This document shows positions 27,073 through 37,071 of a DNA stretch of 64,000 bases, in pieces. The notes beneath the pieces are model-generated. The model had not been told where the DNA came from and searched no databases. It was given only the letters and a program-made list of their open reading frames with translations. The stretch is from contig JAZJZE010000005.1 in the NCBI GenBank assembly GCA_040390065.1, positions 160,001-224,000 of the forward strand, given 5' to 3'. The translations under genes were made by a program, and so were the position numbers. Each line of letters starts with the position of its first letter. Position 1 is the first letter of the stretch. Source of the stretch: a bacterium (GTDB lineage: Archaea > Thermoplasmatota > E2 > JACPAO01 > JAHFTW01).

Positions 27073-28251
27073 CTAGCGGACCTGGACCTTTGCCGCGAGC
27101 CGTTTGGCCTTGTTGCGGGCCTCATCCGTGGTCTTCCCGCCGACCACGACGACGCCCATGCGCCGCTTGGGATGGGCCGTCGGCTTGCCGAAGATGCGCA
27201 GGATGGCGCCGGGTTCCGCCAGCGCGGCCTCGACACCCGTGTACGACGGAGGGGTTGCCTCGATGGTCGAGAGGATGACGGCGCTGGCGGTCGGCCCCGT
27301 GTGCCCGACGTCTGGAATCGGCAGGCCCGTGATGGCCCGGACGTGCAAGGCGAACTCGGAGAGTTGCTGCGAACCGAGCGTCACGAGGCCGGTGTCGTGC
27401 GGGCGCGGGCTGACTTCGGAGAACCACACATCGTCGCCCTTCACGAACAATTCCACGCCGAAGATGCCGCGGCCTCCGAGGGCGTCCGTGACCTTGCGTG
27501 CCATCTCTTGGCTGCGCGCCAACGCCTTCGCACTCATGGCCATGGGCTGCCACGATTCGCGATAATCGCCGTCAATCTGGACGTGGCCGATGGGCGGGCA
27601 GAACGTCGTCCCAGCAGCGTGCCGGACCGTCAGCAAGGTGATTTCATATTCAAAGTCGATGAAACTCTCGACGATGACGCGGCCGGTCTTGACTCGGCCC
27701 TTCATGGCATGATCCCACGCCTTTGCGACGTCGGCGGCGGTGCGCACGACGCTCTGGCCCTTGCCGCTGGAGGACATGGTTGGCTTGATCACGCAGGGCA
27801 TGCCGATGGCCGCGACGGCAGCCTCGAACTCGGCCTGCGATCCTGCGAAACGGTACTTGCTCGTCGGCAAGGCAAGTTCCTCTGCCGCAAGCTGGCGGAT
27901 CCCCTCGCGGTCCATGGTGAGGCGGGCGGCCCGTGCAGTCGGGATGACGGTGAAGCCCTCCTTTTCCAGTCTTTCCAGTTCCGCCGTAGCGATGGCCTCG
28001 ATTTCCGGGACCACCCAGTCCGGGTCCTCCTCCTCGATGACCCTGCGAAGCGCCGCGGCGTCGGTCATGTCGATGACATGGCTGCGGTGGGCCACCTGCA
28101 TGGCCGGCGCATTGGCGTAACGGTCGACGGCAATCGTCTCGATGCCGAGCCGCTGGGCCTCGATGACGACTTCCTTGCCGAGCTCTCCCGAACCCAGAAG
28201 CAGCATCCGGCGGGCATTGGGCGACAAGGGCGTGCCCCAGGCGGCGTCCAC
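27073..28251 (-). CDS. purT: Formate-dependent phosphoribosylglycinamide formyltransferase
   Basis: [58 protein letters not shown]. Confidence 0.96.
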   Translation of the reverse strand: MDAAWGTPLSPNARRMLLLGSGELGKEVVIEAQRLGIETIAVDRYANAPAMQVAHRSHVIDMTDAAALRRVIEEEDPDWVVPEIEAIATAELERLEKEGFTVIPTARAARLTMDREGIRQLAAEELALPTSKYRFAGSQAEFEAAVAAIGMPCVIKPTMSSSGKGQSVVRTAADVAKAWDHAMKGRVKTGRVIVESFIDFEYEITLLTVRHAAGTTFCPPIGHVQIDGDYRESWQPMAMSAKALARSQEMARKVTDALGGRGIFGVELFVKGDDVWFSEVSPRPHDTGLVTLGSQQLSEFALHVRAITGLPIPDVGHTGPTASAVILSTIEATPPSYTGVEAALAEPGAILRIFGKPTAHPKRRMGVVVVGGKTTDEARNKAKRLAAKVQVR

Positions 28252-28396
28252 GGGCGCGGCACCCCGGCCGCCATGAAGAAGGGTTTGCTCCTGGGAATTG
28301 GGTCCATCCGGGGCCGGACAAGCCATGCCGTTCCAGAAGGCGTGCACGAAAAACTCTATCTGCCACCAGGTTCCTCCTTCAGGTGGTGGCCGTCTG

Positions 28397-30121
28397 ATGA
28401 GGACCCTCGTTGCTTTCCTGTTGGTCGGGGCGACCCTGACGATTGTCCCGGGGTCCGCCGACGCCGCGACCAGTTGGTGCGGCACGCAAGGCGTCACGTT
28501 GTTCTGTGACGACTTCACAACCAACCAGGGCTGGACGAAGTCCGGCTATGGCCTGCAGCCCTGCGGCAGCGACATCGGCCAATGCTACAACCCCACGGAC
28601 TGGCTGAAGTCCACCCGCGGCTGGGACTACGGCGTGTGGACTCCCAATGGTGACAGCAACTCGTGGTTCGTGGGCGTGCAGGGCGGCGGCCAGGATCTCG
28701 GCTACCTCGCGCCGCAGCCCTTCGGTCTCTTCCTGGGCGGCATTATCGCCGGCAAGGGTGCGGCTTGGTACGACGTGCGCAACGTTCTCACCTCCCCGCT
28801 CATCGACGCCACCGGCGCACAACTCACGACCATGAGCTATGCCGTGAAGGGCAGCTCCGAAGGCAGCCTGTACGACCGCCTCGAGGTCTGGGTGCAGGTC
28901 GCGGGCGGCGGCACCACGATGCTCGGCTCCTACGCTGGCAACCAGATCCAGGGCGACATCTGCAACTGCTTCTACACGTTCCCGTTCTCGGCGGCCTGGC
29001 TGTCCGGGCAGAAGTTCCAGTTCCTGTTCATCTTCATCGAGGATGCCAACACCGACAGCGTCACACCTCCGCCATGCCTGGCCGTGTCCGTCCCGACCGG
29101 TCAGTCGCCGCCGATTCCGCCCAACGCCGGGTGCCCCGTTGGAGCAACGGTCTGCGCGCCGGCGCTCTTCAGCGGCTCCGGCTGCCTGTACGGCGGCATG
29201 GGCTTCTGGGTTGACGACGTCATCGTACGCAAACTCACGAAGGCGCCCATCGCCCAGTTCGTCTACAAGTACAAACCCGTGTGCGAAGGCGGCTTCCACG
29301 TGGACTTCACGGACGGCTCCGTCGACACCGACGGCACCGTTGCAGCCTGGAACTGGGACTTCGGCGACAAGACGACAAGCAACCAGCAGAACCCGTCGCA
29401 CGACTACCAGTCGGAAGGCACGTACAAGGTCGTGGAAGACATCCAGGACAACGAGGGAAATCCTGCCCAGTACATCTTCACGATCATCCTGAAGTACACA
29501 AAGTGCCCCGAGCCGGGAAGCACTCAGGAACCAATCCCCATGACGGTGTCCGAAGGCAACCAAGCACAGACGCGGCCACCGCATGATGGCACGGACCCCG
29601 CCGCTGCAGGCCTCGACACCGACGGCGACGGCGTGCCCGACGCGATCGACCTCTGCCCCGCGCAGGCGGACGACCAGGCGGACTCCGACGGCGATGGCAT
29701 CGGCGATGCTTGCGACGTCGACGCGGACAACGACGGCATCATCAATCCACGTGACAACTGCGCGACGGTCCCGAACCCCGGCCAGGCCAACCTCGACGGC
29801 GACGAAGAAGGCGACGCGTGCGACGCCGACATCGACGGCGACGGCGTGCCCGACGCGGCCGACAACTGCCCGAGCTTGACCAACAAGGACCAGGCGGACC
29901 TCAACGCGGACGGAGCCGGCGACGCGTGCCAAATCGTGCGCAACGCCGCGGAGGACAAGACCTCCGAAGTCGGCGCATCCGCCGGCACCCGCACCGACTC
30001 ACAGGCCGGCTTGCCCAGGACGGTGCCGGCGGGATCCCCCACGGCAGGCATTGGCGCAATCGTCCTCGGCCTCGGCCTGCTCGCCGTCGCGCTGGTCGTG
30101 GCGCTGCGCCGCCGTAGCTGA
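28397..30121 (+). CDS. Cell-surface protein with PKD domain, thrombospondin type-3 repeats and C-terminal anchor
   Basis: Signal peptide; WNWDFGD PKD; DxDGDGxxDxxDNCP repeats; [14 protein letters not shown] tail. Confidence 0.9.
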   Translation: MRTLVAFLLVGATLTIVPGSADAATSWCGTQGVTLFCDDFTTNQGWTKSGYGLQPCGSDIGQCYNPTDWLKSTRGWDYGVWTPNGDSNSWFVGVQGGGQDLGYLAPQPFGLFLGGIIAGKGAAWYDVRNVLTSPLIDATGAQLTTMSYAVKGSSEGSLYDRLEVWVQVAGGGTTMLGSYAGNQIQGDICNCFYTFPFSAAWLSGQKFQFLFIFIEDANTDSVTPPPCLAVSVPTGQSPPIPPNAGCPVGATVCAPALFSGSGCLYGGMGFWVDDVIVRKLTKAPIAQFVYKYKPVCEGGFHVDFTDGSVDTDGTVAAWNWDFGDKTTSNQQNPSHDYQSEGTYKVVEDIQDNEGNPAQYIFTIILKYTKCPEPGSTQEPIPMTVSEGNQAQTRPPHDGTDPAAAGLDTDGDGVPDAIDLCPAQADDQADSDGDGIGDACDVDADNDGIINPRDNCATVPNPGQANLDGDEEGDACDADIDGDGVPDAADNCPSLTNKDQADLNADGAGDACQIVRNAAEDKTSEVGASAGTRTDSQAGLPRTVPAGSPTAGIGAIVLGLGLLAVALVVALRRRS

Positions 30122-30207
30122 ACGCCGGTCAAGCGTCAACAACCCTTGAATACCGAGGGGGTTTGCCCGCGGACGCAGAAGGACATTCTGCCTCAACGGT
30201 GAACACA

Positions 30208-30507
30208 ATGGCAATCTTCGGATGGAAAAAGAAGAAGGCAGAGGCAGGCACCACGACCACGGCCGCCACGGCGAAGGCTGGAGCCGACATGAGTTGCGGC
30301 TCAGCGAAGGGCGGCGACATGTCGTGCGGCTCGGCAAAGGCCGAGGGCGGCGCGGACATGAGCTGCGGCTCGGCGAAGGGCGGCATGCCCACCGTCAAGG
30401 CGTCCGCCAAGATGACGCAGAAGGCGCCCGCCAAGAGGGCCAAGACGCCGGCAAAGACCAGCGTCAAGGCGAAGGTCGCGGCCAAGCCTGCATCGAAGAA
30501 GAAGTGA
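30208..30507 (+). CDS. Putative MNIO RiPP precursor: 3x DMSCGSAK plus Lys/Ala-rich tail
   Basis: 99 aa from ATG 30208; repeats start at 30286, 30316 and 30355; ends 6 bp upstream of the DUF692 gene. Confidence 0.85.
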   Translation: MAIFGWKKKKAEAGTTTTAATAKAGADMSCGSAKGGDMSCGSAKAEGGADMSCGSAKGGMPTVKASAKMTQKAPAKRAKTPAKTSVKAKVAAKPASKKK

Positions 30508-30513
30508 CACGGC

Positions 30514-31359
30514 ATGGGCCGCCTTTCCCCCTCCTCCCTCCCTTTCCTTGGCGCCGGCATCGGCTACCGCGGTGACCTCGCCAGGTTCTTTCGTCGGCAC
30601 GATGCCCGCATCGGCTTCTTCGAGGTCATGCCTGAGCACGTCGTCCACGGCGCTGCCGAACGGCGCGCCCGTTTGTTCGAGCACGTCGCCGGCAAGCCCG
30701 TCGTGACGCACAGCGTCAGCCTCAGCGTCGGCACGGCGACCGGGGCCGACCTGGTCTTCGCACGCAGCATGGCACGCATCAACCGCAAGCTCCGCGCGGC
30801 GTGGTGCAGCGACCACCTTTCGTTCACGCGCATCGGTGGGCAGAACATCGGCCAACTCACGCCAATCCCGTACACGGACGAGGCGCTTCGCCGCGTCGTC
30901 GCCAACGTCAAGGCAGTGCAGGCTGCGGTCGGCCTACCGTTCCTGCTGGAGAACATCTCGCAATACTTCCGGTACCCGCGCACGGACATGACGGAGCCCG
31001 AGTTCTTCCGGGAGGTGACCGCGCAAACGGGCTGCGGCATCCTCCTGGACGTCACCAACCTGCGCAACAACGCCGCCAACATCGGCGTCAAAACCAAGGC
31101 GTACCTCGAGGCCTTCCCGCTCGACCAAGTGGTGCAGCTCCACCTTGCCGGCTCCGAGTGGATTGGCGGCAAGCTCCTCGACACGCATGGGGCCGCAATC
31201 CACCGGGACGTCTGGCGCATGGCAGACGACATCGTGCAGGCGCATCCCGTGCGCGCCCTCCTCATCGAGCGCGACCAGACATTTGGGCCACTTCCGCAAC
31301 TGGCTCGCGAGATCCGCCGCGGGGCCACGACCATGCGCAACGCCATGGGGGCTGCCTGA
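30514..31359 (+). CDS. DUF692 multinuclear non-heme iron oxidative enzyme (MNIO)
   Basis: GAGIGYR, FFEVMPEH, THSVSLSVG, SDHLSF, LLENI, LLDVTN, QLHLAG, DTH, LIERD. Confidence 0.95.
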   Translation: MGRLSPSSLPFLGAGIGYRGDLARFFRRHDARIGFFEVMPEHVVHGAAERRARLFEHVAGKPVVTHSVSLSVGTATGADLVFARSMARINRKLRAAWCSDHLSFTRIGGQNIGQLTPIPYTDEALRRVVANVKAVQAAVGLPFLLENISQYFRYPRTDMTEPEFFREVTAQTGCGILLDVTNLRNNAANIGVKTKAYLEAFPLDQVVQLHLAGSEWIGGKLLDTHGAAIHRDVWRMADDIVQAHPVRALLIERDQTFGPLPQLAREIRRGATTMRNAMGAA

Positions 31360-32096
31360 TGGGACTTGCATCCGTGCAGCAGGCGGTCGCGACTCTCCTC
31401 ATGGAGGACACCGTCCGGGAGGCTTGGGTCGTGAATCGTTCCGCCTTTGCGCGCAAGTGGCGCCTGGCGGGACGCGACGCACGCCTAGTGGCCGGGTTGG
31501 ACGCACGCGACCTGACGTACTTCGCCGCGCACCGCCGCATCGACCGCATGGCGATGCTCGCGGCCGAGATGCCCCGCAGCGCAAGGACGCTGGGCGAACG
31601 CGGCCTCGGCTCGTATTTCCAGCGTCATCCATACGCCCTCGAGGCGACGGCCGCCGAGACCGCGCGCTTTGCCGCATGGGCCGCGCGCCATGCGAAGCCG
31701 GCCGTCGCGGACCTGGTCCGCTTCGAGATGGCGCAAGCGCGCTTGCGACGCGCCCGCCCCCGCGCCGCCGCCGCGTCCGTCCACCCGACGCGCGCGCCCG
31801 GGGTCGTCCTGCTGCGCCTTGCGCACAGGGTCGACGGCACGCGTCTCCGGCCGGCCAGCCCGACGTTCTATGGATTGCGGCGACTCTCGGACGAAGTCGC
31901 CTGGTTCCGGTACGGCGCCTTGGAGGAAACGCTGCTGCGGACCGCCAACGGCCGGACCGGCGAAGCGGCATGGTTGCGGCGCGCGGCGAGTGAATGTGAC
32001 ATGGCCATTTCGGCTGCGCGGGCGGCGGCGCGTGAACTGCGCACCGTCGCACTCTTGTGTCCAACCACGCACAAACGCCAAGGCCCCGCCAGATAA
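31359..32096 (+). CDS. MNIO partner protein (DUF2063/HvfC-like)
   Basis: TGATG coupling to MNIO; LASVQQAVATLL, MPRSAR.LG, F..W, VADLVRFEMA pattern typical of MNIO partners. Confidence 0.75.
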   Translation: MGLASVQQAVATLLMEDTVREAWVVNRSAFARKWRLAGRDARLVAGLDARDLTYFAAHRRIDRMAMLAAEMPRSARTLGERGLGSYFQRHPYALEATAAETARFAAWAARHAKPAVADLVRFEMAQARLRRARPRAAAASVHPTRAPGVVLLRLAHRVDGTRLRPASPTFYGLRRLSDEVAWFRYGALEETLLRTANGRTGEAAWLRRAASECDMAISAARAAARELRTVALLCPTTHKRQGPAR

Positions 32097-32142
32097 GCCT
32101 TCGCAGCCGCGCTTAAAGGAGACCACGGCCAAACCTCGGGCC

Positions 32143-33267
32143 ATGCAGACGGAACAGCTTTGCTGGTCCCCCCAGACCGGCTGGAGCCCCCGCGAAGCCG
32201 CCCTGAAGCCGAACCTTGTCCTCGTCTTTGGCAGCCCATCCGCGATGTCCCGCGACGGCGCCTTCGAGGAATTGCGCCGGCTCTACCCCGACGCCCACCT
32301 CGTCGGCTGTTCGACGGCCGGGGAGATTGCCGGCACGCATGTCATGGACGATTCGCTCGTGGCGACGGCGGTCCGCTTCAAGAAGGCCCACGTGGAAGTC
32401 GCACGCGTCAACCTGCGCGATGGCCAGTCGAACGAGGACCTCGGCGCGGCGCTTGCGACCAAGCTCCCGAAGGACGGACTGGCGCATGTCCTCGTCTTCT
32501 CCGACGGCACCCATGTCAATGGCAGCAGCCTCGTGAAAGGCATGCTTGCGAAATTGCCGGCCGGCGTGCAAGTGACTGGCGGCCTTGCCGGCGACGGCGC
32601 GCGCTTCCAGCAGACGTTCGTCATGGCCGACGCAAGGGCCGCCGACCGGAGCGTCACGGCCATCGGATTCTACGGCGCGGACTTGCACATCGGCTACGGC
32701 AGCCTCGGCGGCTGGGACTCGTTCGGCCCGATTCGCATGGTGACCAAATCCAAGGGCAACGTCCTCTACGAACTGGACGGCCAGCCGGCCCTCACGCTCT
32801 ACAAGAGATACCTGGGCGAACACGCGGCGGCGTTGCCTGCGGCAGGTCTTCTTTTCCCCCTCAACATCACCTCCAACGGCGGTCCGAGCCTGACGCGCAC
32901 CATCCTGGCGGTCGACGAGGCAGCGCAGACCATGACCTTCGCGGGGGACATCCCGCAGGGATCGCGTGCCCAACTCATGAAGGCCAACTTCGACCGCCTC
33001 GTCGACGGCGCACACGGCGCGGCGGAGCAGAGCCGTGACCTGCTCGGCGCCGGAGCGGAACTGGCGATCCTCATCAGCTGCGTCGGCCGCAAGCTCGTGC
33101 TCAAGCAGCGCGTCGAGGAGGAACTGGAAGCGGTGCAGGACGTGCTTGGCCCCAAGGCCCTCCTGGCCGGTTTCTATTCGTACGGCGAGATTTGCCCGGC
33201 AGCACCCCGGGCCAACTGCGAACTGCACAACCAGACCATGACGATCACGACCTTGCGGGAGACGTGA
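32143..33267 (+). CDS. FIST N/C domain sensor protein
   Basis: GCSTAGEI, VTGGLAGDG, GGWDSFG, LYELDGQPAL, ISCVGR, GFYSYGEI, LHNQTMT. Confidence 0.93.
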   Translation: MQTEQLCWSPQTGWSPREAALKPNLVLVFGSPSAMSRDGAFEELRRLYPDAHLVGCSTAGEIAGTHVMDDSLVATAVRFKKAHVEVARVNLRDGQSNEDLGAALATKLPKDGLAHVLVFSDGTHVNGSSLVKGMLAKLPAGVQVTGGLAGDGARFQQTFVMADARAADRSVTAIGFYGADLHIGYGSLGGWDSFGPIRMVTKSKGNVLYELDGQPALTLYKRYLGEHAAALPAAGLLFPLNITSNGGPSLTRTILAVDEAAQTMTFAGDIPQGSRAQLMKANFDRLVDGAHGAAEQSRDLLGAGAELAILISCVGRKLVLKQRVEEELEAVQDVLGPKALLAGFYSYGEICPAAPRANCELHNQTMTITTLRET

Positions 33268-33351
33268 CGGCCATGCCAGAGGTGGCGTGCGCCGGCTCGT
33301 CGCCTGGCCGCGACCTCATGCGCTTTTGGCCGGGCGACCAGTGAGGTCAAC

Positions 33352-35217
33352 GTGCACAAGCTTCTCGAGCGTCAACTCAAGAAGCACTTCGGCAGCCTGG
33401 AGGCAGTGCCGGCCGACCTTGCGCCGGTCCTCGACCAGATTGACCGCTCCTACACGGAAGCCGACGCCGACCGGCGGCTGGTCGAGCGGTCCCTCGAACT
33501 CACGTCCGGCGAACTCCTCGAGCGCAATTCCGCCCTCACGGCCGAACTGGAAAACCGGACCTACACGGAGAGCTTGCGCTCGGCCATCCTGGACTCGGCG
33601 CTCGACTGCATCATCCTCATGGACCAGCAAGGTATCGTGCGCGAATTCAACCCGGCCGCCCAGCGGACCTTCGGATTCACGAGGGAACAAGCCGTTGGCA
33701 AGCGGCTGGCCGAGCTCATCATCCCGGAGAAGTACCGCGCGGCCCATTCAGCTGGGCTGCAGAAGTACCTCGCCACCGGCGACGGACCGGTCCTGCACAA
33801 GCGCATCGAGATCGTGGGTCTGCGCGCCGACGGGAGCGAGATTCCTGTCGAGCTTGCCATCATCCCATTCAAGGCGGCTGGGCAGGCCATGTTCGCCGGA
33901 TACCTTCGCGACCTGTCCGACCGGATGAGGGCCCAGGAAGAGATCCGCCGCCGTACCGCCACCGTGCAGCTCCTGCAGCAGGTGCCGCTCTTGGCCAACG
34001 AGGCGGATTCCATGGACGAGGCGGCCCGGCTGTGCCTCGAAAAGGTCTGCGAGTACACCGGCTGGCCTGTGGGCCACGCCTACTTCGTCAACGAGGCGGA
34101 CACCGAGATGACGTCGCATGGCGTCTGGCGTTTGCCGCCGGGCCTCGAGTTCGAAGCCTTCCGTACGGTGACGGAGGCGACGACGCTTGGGCCGGGTATC
34201 GGCCTTCCGGGGCGCGTGTGGGAGAGCCGCAAGCCCGCGTGGATTCCGGACGTGATGAAGGACAACAACTTCCCGCGCGCCACGCGGGCCCAGGCCATCG
34301 GCGTGCACAGCGCCTTCGGCATCCCTGTCCTGGTGGGTCACCGCGTGCTCGTCGTCCTGGAGTTCTTCTCCGACCACATCCGCGAGCCCGACGAGGAACT
34401 CCTGACCGTCATGGCCAACGTGGGCGAACAGCTTGGCCGCGTCCTCGAGCGCCGCCGGGCGGAAGCCGAACTCAAGGCCGCCTACCAGCAGTTGCAGGAG
34501 GTGGACCGCGCACGCATCCAGTTCATCAACACCGCCGCCCATGAGTTGGGCACACCCCTGACGCCGATCAAGCTGCAAGTGGAGATGGTGAAGAACCGCC
34601 TGGACGCCCACGCCGAACCGCAGCAACGCAAGAGCGTCGAGATCCTGGAGCGAAACGTCAGCCGCCTGTCCCACCTCGTGAAGGACCTCCTTGACTCGGC
34701 CCGCCTGCAGACCGGCCAGCTCCAAGTCGTGCCGCAGACCCTGGACATCCACCAGGAAGCCGAACGCGCCGTCGAAGCCTACCGGCAGCCCGCCGCCGCA
34801 GCCGGCGTCCGCTTGACCCTTGCCCCGGGACGCCCCATGGCAATCCTGGCGGACGTGCGGCGCATCGGACAGGTCCTCGACAACCTCCTCTCCAACGCCG
34901 TGAAGTTCACTCCGCACGGCGGTGCGGTCCGCGTCGACGTGGAACGCACCGGCTCCTTCGCCCGAGTTTCGGTGCGTGATGGCGGCATTGGCCTGCGGCC
35001 CGATGCCATCGCCAAACTTTTCCAACCTTTCAGCCAGGTGCACGACACGATGCAGATCACGCAGCCTGGCACGGGCCTCGGGTTGTACATCAGCAAGGGC
35101 ATCGTCGAGGCCTTGGGTGGCGACGTCGGCTGCACCTCTCCCGGTCTCGGCAAAGGGTCGACGTTCTGGTTCACGCTGCGCCTCGCCGACCAAACCGCCG
35201 CCGCCAATCCCAAATGA
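33352..35217 (+). CDS. PAS-GAF sensor histidine kinase
   Basis: PAS FNPAAQRTFG, GAF GLPGRVW, H-box AHELGTPLT, NLLSNAVKF, DGGIG, GTGLGL. Confidence 0.95.
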   Translation: MHKLLERQLKKHFGSLEAVPADLAPVLDQIDRSYTEADADRRLVERSLELTSGELLERNSALTAELENRTYTESLRSAILDSALDCIILMDQQGIVREFNPAAQRTFGFTREQAVGKRLAELIIPEKYRAAHSAGLQKYLATGDGPVLHKRIEIVGLRADGSEIPVELAIIPFKAAGQAMFAGYLRDLSDRMRAQEEIRRRTATVQLLQQVPLLANEADSMDEAARLCLEKVCEYTGWPVGHAYFVNEADTEMTSHGVWRLPPGLEFEAFRTVTEATTLGPGIGLPGRVWESRKPAWIPDVMKDNNFPRATRAQAIGVHSAFGIPVLVGHRVLVVLEFFSDHIREPDEELLTVMANVGEQLGRVLERRRAEAELKAAYQQLQEVDRARIQFINTAAHELGTPLTPIKLQVEMVKNRLDAHAEPQQRKSVEILERNVSRLSHLVKDLLDSARLQTGQLQVVPQTLDIHQEAERAVEAYRQPAAAAGVRLTLAPGRPMAILADVRRIGQVLDNLLSNAVKFTPHGGAVRVDVERTGSFARVSVRDGGIGLRPDAIAKLFQPFSQVHDTMQITQPGTGLGLYISKGIVEALGGDVGCTSPGLGKGSTFWFTLRLADQTAAANPK

Positions 35218-35288
35218 CCCCTCATCGGCATCCTTAACCGCCGCGGCCGTCAGGGGAACCCAAGTCAGAACGGATCGCGTTCATGGCC

Positions 35289-35450
35289 GCGGAAGGGGTC
35301 GCCCCCTGGAGATCCTCCAGACGACCTTCCGCTGCGGGGTCGGGCCACAAGCCCGGCCCGCTGGTCTTGCCAACAAGGCCATTGCACCCGGAGCCGGCAA
35401 GGCCGGACCACCGAGTGGGTTCGGGCGACGACAACATTCCGCCCGGCCCA
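35289..35450 (+). promoter_or_regulatory. Structured putative 5' leader (five hairpins) of DEAD-box helicase
   Basis: Stems at 35289-35332, 35337-35359, 35362-35381, 35394-35406, 35416-35450; TATA-like CTTAA near 35233. Confidence 0.55.
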
Positions 35451-35460
35451 AGTGAACACC

Positions 35461-36735
35461 ATGCAGACATTCAACGCATTCAGCCTTAGCCCCGGCACCC
35501 TCGACGCCGTGGCCGCCATGGGCTACGAAACGCCCAGCCCCATCCAACAGCAAGCCATCCCGCCCCTCCTGCAGGGACGAGACGTGCTCGGCCAGGCCCG
35601 CACGGGCACCGGCAAGACGGCCGCCTTCGGCATCCCGATGGTGGAAAAACTGCGCACCGTCGTGAACGGCGGCATCGCCGCCCTCGTCCTCGTCCCCACG
35701 CGCGAACTCGCGCTGCAGGTCACCGAGGAGATCCTGGCCATCGCCAAGGCGTCGCCCATCCGGGTCATCCCCATCTACGGCGGCGTCGGCCTCGGCCGCC
35801 AGACCGACGAGTTGCGGCGCGCCGGCACCCAGATCGTCGTCGCGACACCGGGCCGCCTGCTCGACCACTTGCAGCAGGGCAACGCCCGCCTCGACAAGAT
35901 CAAGATCCTCATCCTCGACGAGGCAGACCGCATGCTCGACATGGGTTTCCTGCCGGACATGGAGCGCGTCCTTCGCGCCGTCCCCCCCGTGCGCCAGACG
36001 GCGCTCTTCTCGGCGACGGTCCCGGAGCCCATCCGCAAGCTGTCCGCCCGATTCCTCAAGGACCCGTTCTCGGTCAAGGTGGAAGCCGGCCCGGCCGCCA
36101 CTCCCCTGGCGGAGCAGTTCAAGATCCACTGCGAGAAGTCGCAGAAGACGCGCGCCCTGCTTGCCCTCCTGGCGAAGGAGAAGCCGGAACGCGCCATCGT
36201 CTTCTGCCGCACCAAGCACTTGGCCAAGCGCCTGGCCCGGCAACTCGCCGGCACCGGCCTCTCGGCCGTCGCCTTGCAGGGCAACATGAGCCAGAACCAG
36301 CGCGAACGCGCCATGGAGGATTTCCGGCAGGGCAAGGCAACGCTGCTCATCGCGACCGACGTGGCAAGCCGCGGCATCGACGTCCCGGAGATCAGCCACG
36401 TCGTCAACTACGACATCCCGACGGTCCCCGAGGACTACGTGCACCGCATCGGCCGCACCGGCCGCATGGGCCGCACGGGGCGAGCCTTCACGTTCATCCA
36501 GAGTGACGAGCACCACGACTTGCGCCTCATCGAACGCACGGCGGGTTCCGCCATGCAGCCTTTCGACGTCGGCGATTTGCCAGCCGAGCCGCCGATGCCG
36601 GTCGTGGCACAAGGCCAAGGAAACCATTCGCGGCGGCCGCACCACGGACGCCCCTCGGGCCCAGGGCACCACGCCAAGAAGACGCCTCAGAGCGGCGGGC
36701 GCGGGCAGTGGCGCGGACCCAGCCGTCGATTCTGA
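35461..36735 (+). CDS. DEAD-box RNA helicase (RhlE/DeaD-like)
   Basis: Q motif PSPIQ, TGTGKT, PTRELA, TPGR, DEAD, SAT, ASRGID, HRIGRTGR. Confidence 0.96.
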   Translation: MQTFNAFSLSPGTLDAVAAMGYETPSPIQQQAIPPLLQGRDVLGQARTGTGKTAAFGIPMVEKLRTVVNGGIAALVLVPTRELALQVTEEILAIAKASPIRVIPIYGGVGLGRQTDELRRAGTQIVVATPGRLLDHLQQGNARLDKIKILILDEADRMLDMGFLPDMERVLRAVPPVRQTALFSATVPEPIRKLSARFLKDPFSVKVEAGPAATPLAEQFKIHCEKSQKTRALLALLAKEKPERAIVFCRTKHLAKRLARQLAGTGLSAVALQGNMSQNQRERAMEDFRQGKATLLIATDVASRGIDVPEISHVVNYDIPTVPEDYVHRIGRTGRMGRTGRAFTFIQSDEHHDLRLIERTAGSAMQPFDVGDLPAEPPMPVVAQGQGNHSRRPHHGRPSGPGHHAKKTPQSGGRGQWRGPSRRF

Positions 36736-36827
36736 CGCCAGGGTAGAAGTTCACGTACCCTGAACAGGTTCATGCAAAGGGTTCTTGCCGCAAGGCCCCG
36801 CTTGCCTAGCCTCTGGAGTCAAGGGCG

Positions 36828-37013
36828 ATGCCACAGTTGTCCACCCATCAGCCACTGCGCGCCATCTCGTGCGCGCCCGAGTGCGGCTTTCTGATCCGCA
36901 GCCACAATGACAAGGAGGTCATGGCCGCGGCAGTCGCGCACGCAAGGACCGCCCACGGCCGCACCTTCAGCGAGGCCGACGCGCGCAAGATGATGGTGCA
37001 CGTCAATCCCTGA
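36828..37013 (+). CDS. Small metal-binding protein (DUF1059-like)
   Basis: CAPECGFLIRS..DKEV.....HARTAHG, a C2H2 pattern. Confidence 0.75.
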   Translation: MPQLSTHQPLRAISCAPECGFLIRSHNDKEVMAAAVAHARTAHGRTFSEADARKMMVHVNP

Positions 37014-37071
37014 CGGCGACCCCGGCGGGCGCCAAGTCCCTTTTCTACGCCCCGACCCTGCCGGCATCAGC

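Noticed and set aside
30286-30380. DNA-level repeat array
   Set aside because: Repeats are in-frame with synonymous differences, so they are coding peptide repeats.
35230-35460. SRP RNA or RNase P RNA
   Set aside because: Too short and lacks recognisable SRP helix-8 or RNase P P4 consensus; treated as a leader.
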